Below, piece by piece: positions 10,048-17,559 of a DNA stretch of 24,000 nucleotides. The translations under genes and the position numbers were made by a program. The DNA is from Zhouia amylolytica (lineage in GTDB: Bacteria; Bacteroidota; Bacteroidia; Flavobacteriales; Flavobacteriaceae), in assembly GCF_900116365.1 (NCBI RefSeq), contig NZ_FPAG01000004.1:235935-259934 (forward strand), in the 5' to 3' direction. The notes beneath the pieces were generated by a model. It was given only the letters and a program-made list of their open reading frames with translations. It was not told the origin of the DNA and did not search any database. The number at the start of each line of letters is the position of its first letter. Position 1 is the first letter of the stretch.

Positions 10048-10671
10048 ATGAAAAGAAAAAAAATATTTGTTACCGGAATATCCACTGAAGTTGGTAAAAC
10101 GGTAATTTCTGCAATAGTTACTGAGGCCTTAAAGGCAGATTACTGGAAGCCAATCCAGGCTGGGGATCTTCATAATGCTGATGCTCATAAAGTAGAAAAG
10201 CTCATCAGTAATGAACAATCGATTATCCATCCAAATAGTTATGCGTTAAACACACCTATGAGTCCGCATGCGGCGGCAGAAATAGATGGAGTTACTATTG
10301 CTTTGGAGGAAATTATAGAACCGGAAACAAAGAATCATTTGGTGATTGAAGGTGCCGGTGGACTTTTAGTTCCTTTAAACGATAAAGACACCATTTTAGA
10401 TATCATTCAACCGTCATACAAGGTTATTGTTGTTTCGAGGCATTATCTGGGGAGTATTAATCATACATTGCTTACCGTAAAAGCATTGTTGGATAAAGGG
10501 TATGATGTGTCTATTATTTTTAGCGGAGATGAAAATTCGACTACTGAAAATATTGTAAAGAAAATGACTGAGGTGAAGGTAATCGGAAGGGTTTCAGAAG
10601 AGCCTTATTTTGATGAAAATGTGGTGAAGGAGTATGCAGAAAAATTTAGTAAAACTCTTCAGGAGTTATAA
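10048..10671 (+). CDS. bioD: Dethiobiotin synthetase
   Basis: 207 aa. P-loop GISTEVGKT (compare E. coli GTDTEVGKT), YWKPIQAG, EGAGG motif. Confidence 0.92.
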   Translation: MKRKKIFVTGISTEVGKTVISAIVTEALKADYWKPIQAGDLHNADAHKVEKLISNEQSIIHPNSYALNTPMSPHAAAEIDGVTIALEEIIEPETKNHLVIEGAGGLLVPLNDKDTILDIIQPSYKVIVVSRHYLGSINHTLLTVKALLDKGYDVSIIFSGDENSTTENIVKKMTEVKVIGRVSEEPYFDENVVKEYAEKFSKTLQEL

Positions 10672-10687
10672 TAATTAAAGAAATAAA

Positions 10688-11956
10688 ATGACATTACAGG
10701 AAAGAGATAAAGCTCATTTGTGGCATCCATTAACCCAGCATAAGGTAAAACCTGATGCTTTAGGAATAACCAAGGCAAAGGGCGCGTATTTGTATGATGA
10801 ACATGGAAAGGAGTATATAGATGGGATTGCCTCCTGGTATACCTGTATGTATGGGCATTGTAACCCCTTTATTACAGAGAAAGTAGCCCAACAAATGCAG
10901 ACCCTCGATCAGGTTGTGTTTGCAGGTTTTACTCATGAACCTGCTGTTAAGTTATCTGAAGCCTTAGTCTCCATATTACCAGGGAATCAACAAAAGCTGT
11001 TTTTTTCAGAAAATGGTTCTACTGCAGTGGATGTTGCCATAAAAATGGCCTTTCAGTATCATTTTAACGGGGGTGATAAAAGGGATACACTTATTGCTTT
11101 TGAAGATGGTTTTCACGGCGATACATTTGGCGCGATGTCTGTTTCCAGCCTGTCCGTATATAACGGACCTTTTGAAGATTTCTTTTTGAAAGTAATTCGA
11201 ATTCCGACTCCGGATGGAAGTAATAATGCAGATGTTGTTGAGAGGTTAAAACAGGTGATTGCTGAAAATAAAGTAGCTGCTTTTGTTTATGAGCCTTTAG
11301 TTCAGGGTGCCGCAGCTATGAAAATGTATGATTTAAATGGGTTGCAATCACTTTTAGCTTGTTGTAAAGAGAATGATGTCTTGACGATAGCGGATGAAGT
11401 GATGACAGGTTTTGGAAAGACCGGGAAAAACTTTGCTTCTGAATTTCTGGAAATTAAGCCTGACTTTATTTGTATGAGTAAGGCTTTGACGGCGGGTCTT
11501 TTGCCTATGGCGATTACTAGTTGTACTCAGGAAATATATGATGCGTTTTACGATGATGATATAGCTAAAGGTTTTTTTCATGGCCATACTTATACAGCTA
11601 ATCCATTAGCTTGTATGGCTGCATTGGCTGGAATTGAATTACTTGCTTCAGAGGATGTTCAGGGTAATATACAAATGGTCGTAGAGAGTCATCAGGAATT
11701 TGATCAAGAGATAAAGACTCATCCAAAAGTTGCCGGTACAAGGCAGCAAGGGGTTATTTATGCCTTGGATTTAAATATTAAAATGGAGCGCTACGGAAAT
11801 TTGCGTGATATGTTATTTAAGCATTTTATGGATCAAGGTGTCTTTTTACGTCCGTTAGGAAATACCATCTATATTCTAGCTCCTTATACTATTACGAAAA
11901 AGGAACTAGAAAAAATATACGATAGTATTAAATCAGCTCTTGATTTAGTTTTGTAG
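10688..11956 (+). CDS. bioA: Adenosylmethionine-8-amino-7-oxononanoate aminotransferase
   Basis: 422 aa, class III aminotransferase. HLWHP N-terminal motif, DEVMTGFGKTG, PLP-lysine region CMSKALTAG. Starts 16 nt after bioD. Confidence 0.92.
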   Translation: MTLQERDKAHLWHPLTQHKVKPDALGITKAKGAYLYDEHGKEYIDGIASWYTCMYGHCNPFITEKVAQQMQTLDQVVFAGFTHEPAVKLSEALVSILPGNQQKLFFSENGSTAVDVAIKMAFQYHFNGGDKRDTLIAFEDGFHGDTFGAMSVSSLSVYNGPFEDFFLKVIRIPTPDGSNNADVVERLKQVIAENKVAAFVYEPLVQGAAAMKMYDLNGLQSLLACCKENDVLTIADEVMTGFGKTGKNFASEFLEIKPDFICMSKALTAGLLPMAITSCTQEIYDAFYDDDIAKGFFHGHTYTANPLACMAALAGIELLASEDVQGNIQMVVESHQEFDQEIKTHPKVAGTRQQGVIYALDLNIKMERYGNLRDMLFKHFMDQGVFLRPLGNTIYILAPYTITKKELEKIYDSIKSALDLVL

Positions 11957-11966
11957 TAGTGAAAGC

Positions 11967-12392
11967 TTAAAATTCACTCTCCAGTAAAAATATGGTTTCA
12001 CCTGTGGCTTTAATTACGATATACATATCAGAATAGTTCCAGGTGTCTCCTTGTTTTGTTCCAACGATATAGAGGGAGGCTTTTCCTTTAGCACCTTCCA
12101 GCGGTACTTTGATGTCGATGTCTCCATGGTCGTTTTCATAATTGATTTTACCTTGGATCATACCTTCTTGTACAATTGGTTCGCCTAATGCTTCAATGAT
12201 TTGTTTGTTTTCTTTTACCCTTGTAATGGCTTCCTCATAGGGTGTTGAGCTTTTCATCATGGTACTGACACCAAAAAAGACCGTGCCTATAAAAACAACA
12301 ATGAAGATAATAATGGTAAGACAACCACCGGCAGGAATAACCCATTTCCAGTTTCTGCCCCACCAGCTTTTTTTGGGGGATAGTTCGTTCAT
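11967..12392 (-). CDS. Small single-pass membrane protein, Coa1-like (cytochrome oxidase assembly factor 1 family-like). Function uncertain.
   Basis: ORF on the opposite strand inside the bio cluster. N-terminal KKSWWGRNWKWVIPAGG followed by one hydrophobic helix (CLTIIIFIVVFIGTVFFGV), then a ~90-aa soluble domain. I place the start at ATG 12392 (MNELSPKK). The 19-codon extension in the track to 12449 would run through the divergent promoter. Confidence 0.6.
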   Translation of the reverse strand: MNELSPKKSWWGRNWKWVIPAGGCLTIIIFIVVFIGTVFFGVSTMMKSSTPYEEAITRVKENKQIIEALGEPIVQEGMIQGKINYENDHGDIDIKVPLEGAKGKASLYIVGTKQGDTWNYSDMYIVIKATGETIFLLESEF

Positions 12393-12415
12393 GTGATTTA
12401 GTAGGGTTTGTTTTA

Positions 12416-12434
12416 GGTATCTTCTTAAGATACC
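12416..12434. promoter_or_regulatory. Perfect inverted repeat GGTATCTT-ctt-AAGATACC in the divergent intergenic region. Candidate operator.
   Basis: 8-bp arms and a 3-bp spacer, read directly. Lies between the Coa1-like start (12392, minus) and the KAS-like start (12461, plus), 2 nt upstream of a TAnnTTTG box. Confidence 0.5.
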
Positions 12435-12436
12435 CT

Positions 12437-12444
12437 TAATTTTG
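12437..12444 (+). promoter_or_regulatory. Candidate -7 box TAATTTTG (TAnnTTTG) for the KAS-like/bioB transcription unit
   Basis: Exact consensus match 17 nt upstream of the TTG start. The nearest upstream TTTG (12407-12410) is 26 bp away, longer than usual -33/-7 spacing. Confidence 0.4.
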
Positions 12445-12460
12445 CCCAAAATACAAAAAA

Positions 12461-13615
12461 TTGAACAACAAGGTATCTATTAAGTCAATTGCTTCTGTTT
12501 CTCCGTTGGGAATTAAGGAAAATGAAATTTGGCAGAAGTATTTAAGTGATGAACATTGTTTAGAAGAAAGGGAGTTTGGAGAATTCAAAGCTATGGTTGC
12601 TCCATTAGCAGAGGGTGCAAAGCTTGAAATTGAAAAACTTAGGGTATCGGATCAGAAATATAAAGCGCTTGATGATACGGTATTATATGCCATGTATGCT
12701 GCAAGAATGGCGATGAAAGATGCCCATTGGAGCTCAGATGATAATTTTGGGGTCAATATGGGTTCATCGAGGGGAGCAACTGCGTTGTTTGAATCTTATT
12801 ATGAGGACTTTCTTTCAAGTGGTAAAACGGAAACCCTATGTTCACCAACAACTACTTTGGGCAACATATCCTCTTGGATAGCCCACGATTTACAAACTAA
12901 AGGGCCGGAAATTTCACATTCAATTACATGTTCTACGGCATTGCATGCTTTATTAAACGGAGTTGCCTGGATTAATTCAGGTATGACCAGCAAGTTTATG
13001 GTTGGTGGTAGTGAGGCTTCACTGACCCCTTTTACAATTGCCCAGATGAAGGCTCTTAAAATTTACTCCAGGGAGACTGATGCGTATCCTTGTAAGGCTT
13101 TAAACCCCGATAAACTGGGCAATACTATGGTTTTGGGAGAGGGTGCAAGTGTAGCTTGCCTTGAAAAGGGCGTGTCGGATAATGCCATAGCAATTATAGA
13201 AGGAGTTGGTTATGCTACCGAGGTGCTTCAGCATAATATTTCGATTTCAACGAACGCAGAATGTTTTCAACGTTCGATGAAAATGGCTTTGGGAAATACA
13301 AGCCCATCAGATGTAGACGTTATTGTTATGCATGCCCCCGGGACCAAAAAGGGCGACAGTTCAGAACTCAATGCCATTGAATTGGTTTTTGGAAACCAGC
13401 AGCCCGCATTAACAACCAATAAATGGAAAGTTGGGCATACCTTTGGAGCATCGGGAATGTTAAGCCTAGAGCTCGGAATAATGATGTTGCAGAAGCAAAA
13501 GTTTATTAATGTACCTTATTTAAATTCAAATATGGAGCCGGAGAAGATTAGAAAAGTGATGGTGAATGCAGTGGGCTTTGGGGGGAATGCGGTGAGTGTT
13601 CTTTTAAGCTTATAG
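12461..13615 (+). CDS. Stand-alone beta-ketoacyl-ACP synthase I/II-like (FabF/FabB-type) condensing enzyme embedded in the biotin cluster
   Basis: 384 aa, collinear with FabF. Active-site Cys in HSITCSTALH. First His in VIVMHAPGTKKGD (compare NAHGTSTPAGD). Lys/His in TTNKWKVGHTFGASG (compare STKSMTGHLLGAAG). C-terminal NAVGFGGNAVS. TTG 12461 is the only possible start, because there is an in-frame TAA at 12437-12439. Confidence 0.85.
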   Translation: MNNKVSIKSIASVSPLGIKENEIWQKYLSDEHCLEEREFGEFKAMVAPLAEGAKLEIEKLRVSDQKYKALDDTVLYAMYAARMAMKDAHWSSDDNFGVNMGSSRGATALFESYYEDFLSSGKTETLCSPTTTLGNISSWIAHDLQTKGPEISHSITCSTALHALLNGVAWINSGMTSKFMVGGSEASLTPFTIAQMKALKIYSRETDAYPCKALNPDKLGNTMVLGEGASVACLEKGVSDNAIAIIEGVGYATEVLQHNISISTNAECFQRSMKMALGNTSPSDVDVIVMHAPGTKKGDSSELNAIELVFGNQQPALTTNKWKVGHTFGASGMLSLELGIMMLQKQKFINVPYLNSNMEPEKIRKVMVNAVGFGGNAVSVLLSL

Positions 13616-13670
13616 TTGTTTCAAATAAAATATATTGAACCAGAACTACATTAGGCAAAAAATGATTTGT

Positions 13671-13678
13671 TATTTTTG
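13671..13678 (+). promoter_or_regulatory. Candidate -7 box TATTTTTG (TAnnTTTG) upstream of bioB
   Basis: Exact consensus match in the 186-bp gap before bioB. It would give a leader of about 118 nt. No clear -33 element. Confidence 0.3.
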
Positions 13679-13801
13679 ACGCATCGAAAGTTTGGCTTAG
13701 GGATGGAGCAAGAATGTTTAAGGATTTTAAAATGCATTGATTTTTTTAAACATCTAGCGAATTGTCCGACTCTTTTGGAGGAGCCTGTAAATTAAGATAA
13801 T

Positions 13802-14905
13802 ATGACTGAGAACAGACACAATTGGACAAAAGAAGAAGTTTTAGCAATATATAATAAGCCACTGATGGAGTTGCTTTATGAGGCAGCAACGATACACAGA
13901 GAGCACCACGACCCGAATACGGTGCAGGTTTCTACTTTATTATCTATAAAAACCGGTGGTTGTCCGGAAGATTGCGGATACTGTCCACAAGCAGCCCGAT
14001 ATCATACTGATGTTGAGGGGAATGACCTGATGTCTGTTCAGCAAGTAAAAGCTCAGGCATTAAGGGCGAAACAAAGCGGGAGCTCGAGAGTATGTATGGG
14101 AGCAGCCTGGAGAAATGTAAAAGACGGACCGGAATTCGAAGAGGTATTGGAAATGGTACGTACCATCAATAAACTTGATATGGAGGTTTGTTGTACACTA
14201 GGGATGCTTACTGAAAATCAGGCTCAGCGTTTGGCAGAGGCTGGGTTATATGCTTACAATCACAACCTGGACACATCGGAAGAATACTATAAAGAAGTGA
14301 TTTCAACCAGAGGGTATGAAGACCGTTTACAGACTATTGATAACGTTCGTAAAACAAACGTAACTGTCTGTAGTGGAGGTATTATTGGAATGGGAGAGAA
14401 GTTGGAGGACAGAGCCGGGATGTTGGTGTCATTATCTACGTTAAATCCTCATCCTGAATCGGTTCCTATTAATGCTTTGGTTGCAGTTGAAGGTACGCCA
14501 ATGGAAGAACAGCAACCCGTAGAAATATGGGATATGTTGCGCATGGTAGCAACTACCAGAATCGTCATGCCAGAAACTCAGGTTAGGCTATCTGCAGGAC
14601 GAACGCAAATGAGCAGAGAAGGGCAGGCTATGTGTTTCTTTGCCGGGGCAAATTCTATTTTTGCAGGTGATAAATTATTAACAACTCCTAATCCTGATGT
14701 GAATGAGGATATGGAAATGTTTAAAATGTTAGGGCTTAATCCTCAAAAGCCATTTACGAAAAAAGTACAGCCGCAAACTACTGAAGCTGGCGACTCAAAG
14801 TATAAACCGTTAGGGGAAAAACCTAAATGGTCGCGTCCTGGTCATGTCATTGATAAAAATGAAGAGGCCAAAGCGAAAGCTCAGCATGCTAAAGCCGATA
14901 AGTAG
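13802..14905 (+). CDS. bioB: Biotin synthase (radical SAM)
   Basis: 367 aa. Radical-SAM cluster motif GGCPEDCGYCPQ. Collinear with E. coli BioB from WT..EV....KPL.ELL.EA through LGLNPQ. Has an extra Lys/Ala-rich C-terminal tail. Confidence 0.97.
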   Translation: MTENRHNWTKEEVLAIYNKPLMELLYEAATIHREHHDPNTVQVSTLLSIKTGGCPEDCGYCPQAARYHTDVEGNDLMSVQQVKAQALRAKQSGSSRVCMGAAWRNVKDGPEFEEVLEMVRTINKLDMEVCCTLGMLTENQAQRLAEAGLYAYNHNLDTSEEYYKEVISTRGYEDRLQTIDNVRKTNVTVCSGGIIGMGEKLEDRAGMLVSLSTLNPHPESVPINALVAVEGTPMEEQQPVEIWDMLRMVATTRIVMPETQVRLSAGRTQMSREGQAMCFFAGANSIFAGDKLLTTPNPDVNEDMEMFKMLGLNPQKPFTKKVQPQTTEAGDSKYKPLGEKPKWSRPGHVIDKNEEAKAKAQHAKADK

Positions 14906-14969
14906 GCTTTAGCAGTTGCAAAGTCAGGCATTTTAGTATCTTTATCTGGTTATAATTAATTGGTTTGCT

Positions 14970-15833
14970 ATGAGGTTGCAGAAAATACCCAGGGTAAAAA
15001 CAATAAGCAAAGAAGACTTTATTGAGAATTATCTAAGACCACAAAAGCCTGTGGTTATTGAGCAGCTGACGGCTGACTGGGATGCCTTTAATAAATGGAG
15101 TCTTGAATATATCTCTGAGATTGCGGGGGACAAAATTGTGCCTTTATATGACGATCGACCGGTAGACTATAAAGATGGATTTAATGAACCTCATGCCAAG
15201 ATGAGGATGAAAGATTATATAGATCTTTTAAAAACAGAGCCAACTGATTATCGCATCTTTCTTTATAATTTGATGAAAGAGGTGCCACAACTGCAAAAGG
15301 ATTTTAAATGGCCTGATATTGGATTGCGTTTAGTTAAGCAATTACCGATGTTATTTTTTGGCGGAGCGAATAGTAAAGTGTTTATGCATTTTGATATCGA
15401 CTATTCGAATATTCTTCATTTTCATTTTCATGGAAAGAAACGATGTGTCATTCTTCCTCCTGATCAGAGCAAATACTTGTACAAAGTACCGCATGCCTTA
15501 ATTTCCAGAGAAGATATAGATTTTGATAATCCGGATTATAAAAAATGGCCAGCGTTGAAATATGCAGAGGGCTATGTTACAGATTTAAATCATGGAGAAA
15601 TGCTTTTTATGCCAGAGGGATATTGGCATTATATGAAATATGTAACTCCCGGATTTTCAATGAGTTTACGGGCCTTTCCAAGGAAATTTTCAAATCTTGC
15701 GAAGGCAGCATATAATGTACTTGTGATGCGTCATTACGACAATTTAATGCGTAGGGTTCAGGGACAAGCCTGGATCGATAAAAAAAATGAAAAGGCTTTC
15801 GTGGAGACCCATAAGAAGTTGGGTATTAATTGA
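14970..15833 (+). CDS. JmjC/cupin_8-type Fe(II)/2-oxoglutarate-dependent oxygenase-like protein
   Basis: 287 aa. The N-terminus resembles JmjC proteins (F..NYL.P.KPVVI..L..DW.A..KW). Putative facial triad His140-x-Asp142 (FMHFDID) and His220 (GYWHYMKY), with the ~80-residue spacing seen in FIH-type enzymes. Confidence 0.7.
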   Translation: MRLQKIPRVKTISKEDFIENYLRPQKPVVIEQLTADWDAFNKWSLEYISEIAGDKIVPLYDDRPVDYKDGFNEPHAKMRMKDYIDLLKTEPTDYRIFLYNLMKEVPQLQKDFKWPDIGLRLVKQLPMLFFGGANSKVFMHFDIDYSNILHFHFHGKKRCVILPPDQSKYLYKVPHALISREDIDFDNPDYKKWPALKYAEGYVTDLNHGEMLFMPEGYWHYMKYVTPGFSMSLRAFPRKFSNLAKAAYNVLVMRHYDNLMRRVQGQAWIDKKNEKAFVETHKKLGIN

Positions 15834-15921
15834 AGGAATAAATATTTCATTTATGGAGAATGATTTTAACTCTTAAGATTTATTCAGTATTATAGCCTGT
15901 AAGCAGTAAAAATTAAGCTTC

Positions 15922-16503
15922 ATGAATAAATCAGTACTCAACAATTATTTTCACTCTTTGTTCCCCATAGAAAAGGAGATTGTGGTTCAAATTACTGAAA
16001 AATTTACCTCTTTTAAATTGCATAAGAACACCGTACTGATCGATAAGAATGAAATTAGTTCCAAAACTTATTTTTTGGAGGAAGGTTATATGCGTTCTTA
16101 TATTTTGAATGAAGATAATGAGGAGGTCACCACTAATATTTATGTTGCTCCATGTTTTGTGAATGATTTTTTATCGTTTTTCAAACAACAGCCTACCCGG
16201 GAAATTTATCAAACAATCACTGCATGTTCTTTTTGGGAAACGAGCTTGGAAAATGTTCAGTCTAATTTTCATAATATTCCTGAATTCAGGGAATTTAGCC
16301 GACTTTTGTTTGTGATAAATTATCATAAACTGAAGGACAGGACCATTGAGATGGCGAGTCAAAAAGCTGAAACAAGGTATTTAAATCTTCTTGAACAAAA
16401 CCCCAATGTATTTCAACATATCCCTTTAAAAGTTATAGCTTCTTATCTGGGTATTACAGATAGTTCTTTAAGTCGTATAAGAAAAGATATTGGCAAATAT
16501 TAA
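15922..16503 (+). CDS. Crp/Fnr-family transcriptional regulator
   Basis: 193 aa. N-terminal cNMP-binding-like beta-roll (KNTVLIDKNEISSKTYFLEEGYMRSY). C-terminal HTH (LKVIASYLGITDSSLSRIRK). Confidence 0.8.
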   Translation: MNKSVLNNYFHSLFPIEKEIVVQITEKFTSFKLHKNTVLIDKNEISSKTYFLEEGYMRSYILNEDNEEVTTNIYVAPCFVNDFLSFFKQQPTREIYQTITACSFWETSLENVQSNFHNIPEFREFSRLLFVINYHKLKDRTIEMASQKAETRYLNLLEQNPNVFQHIPLKVIASYLGITDSSLSRIRKDIGKY

Positions 16504-16506
16504 TTT

Positions 16507-16522
16507 CTTGTCATTTGACAAG
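16507..16522. promoter_or_regulatory. Perfect palindrome CTTGTCA-tt-TGACAAG between the Crp/Fnr gene and the reductase gene. Candidate operator.
   Basis: 7-bp arms and a 2-bp spacer, read directly. Begins 3 nt after the regulator stop codon and ends 47 nt before ATG 16570. The loop is too small and there is no T-tract, so it is not an intrinsic terminator. Confidence 0.5.
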
Positions 16523-16569
16523 TGATCGTTATCTTATCTCTTTCGAGATTTGCAAAAAACATAGATTAT

Positions 16570-17517
16570 ATGAACAAAAAGAACATTGCAATTGTTGGAC
16601 TCGGAGGAGTTGGAGGATATTTTGGATTTAAAATAAATCAGAGAAATGAAGAGTTACAAAATAACAGAGTATCTTTTATAGCCCGGGAAAGGACTTATAA
16701 AACTTTAAAAGAAAACGGACTAAGGTTACACTCGCCGGAACATCAAAATACTATTACCAGCCCAGATGATCTTTTTCAAAGTGTATTAGATTTAAATAAC
16801 CCTGATTTAGTTTTAATTTGCGTAAAGGAATATGATTTAGAAAGTGTTTGCCGGCAATTATCGAAGGTCATTTCCAAAGATACGATTCTATTACCTCTTA
16901 TGAATGGGGCCAATATATACGATAGAATACGTGCGGTAATTCCTGAAAACGTTATACTCCCTTCTTGTGTTTATGTTGCTTCTCATATAAGGGAAAAGGG
17001 TATAATTGAGCATAAGGGAAGGCCAGGAAAGCTAATTTTCGGAAATGATCCGGAGCACCTGGATGCCGGGTTGTTATGGGTTAATGATTTAATGAAGGCA
17101 AGCGGTATCGATTATGAGTTTAAAGATGATCCGTTGACTGATATCTGGACAAAATTTATTTTTATAACAAGTTTTGGGATGGTCACTGCTAAATACAATT
17201 CTTCTATTGGAACGGTTTGTTGCGATTCTGTACAAAAGGCAGAAGCAACGGAAATAATGAAGGAAGTTAAGCTGATTGCAGCGAAAAAGGATATATTTTT
17301 GCCTGACAATATTATAGAACAAACTTTTGATAAAGCCGCGACATTTCCAAAAGAAACGCCCACTTCTTTACAGTTAGATGTGAATTCCGGAAAAGATAAT
17401 ACAGAATTAGAATTATTTGCCGGAGCTATTGTAACTTATGGAAAGGAATTGAATATAGAAACACCTGTAACCCAACGAATGTATGCAGAATTACAGCGTG
17501 TTGTTAAGGGAGTTTAA
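16570..17517 (+). CDS. 2-dehydropantoate 2-reductase (ketopantoate reductase, ApbA/PanE) family oxidoreductase
   Basis: Rossmann motif NIAIVGLGGVGGYFG directly after ATG 16570. The GTG-initiated 16-codon extension from 16522 overlaps the palindrome and is unlikely. Family-typical ...LICVKEYDL...LPLMNG... The physiological substrate cannot be inferred. Confidence 0.75.
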   Translation: MNKKNIAIVGLGGVGGYFGFKINQRNEELQNNRVSFIARERTYKTLKENGLRLHSPEHQNTITSPDDLFQSVLDLNNPDLVLICVKEYDLESVCRQLSKVISKDTILLPLMNGANIYDRIRAVIPENVILPSCVYVASHIREKGIIEHKGRPGKLIFGNDPEHLDAGLLWVNDLMKASGIDYEFKDDPLTDIWTKFIFITSFGMVTAKYNSSIGTVCCDSVQKAEATEIMKEVKLIAAKKDIFLPDNIIEQTFDKAATFPKETPTSLQLDVNSGKDNTELELFAGAIVTYGKELNIETPVTQRMYAELQRVVKGV

Positions 17518-17559
17518 GAATTCACATTGATCCGGATGATTTAAATAGCTATCAATTAT

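Noticed and set aside
12393-12449. N-terminal extensions suggested by the ORF track: Coa1-like to 12449, reductase from GTG 16522, DUF1348 from 19172, AlkD-like from 21053.
   Set aside because: The extensions run through a promoter/palindrome (12416-12444), the 16507-16522 palindrome or the 19156-19190 terminator hairpin. They also add non-conserved residues ahead of a canonical family N-terminus with an in-frame ATG.
13714-13740. An 8-codon mini-ORF (ATG TTT AAG GAT TTT AAA ATG CAT TGA) in the bioB leader, as a possible leader peptide.
   Set aside because: It is too short, has no regulatory-codon logic (no run of a relevant amino acid), and such ORFs arise readily by chance in AT-rich sequence.
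14740-14905. A Lys/Ala/Pro-rich C-terminal tail on BioB (~50 residues after LGLNPQ, about 20 longer than in E. coli).
   Set aside because: BioB C-termini vary between lineages. The tail is low-complexity with no motif and there is no evidence of a fused domain.
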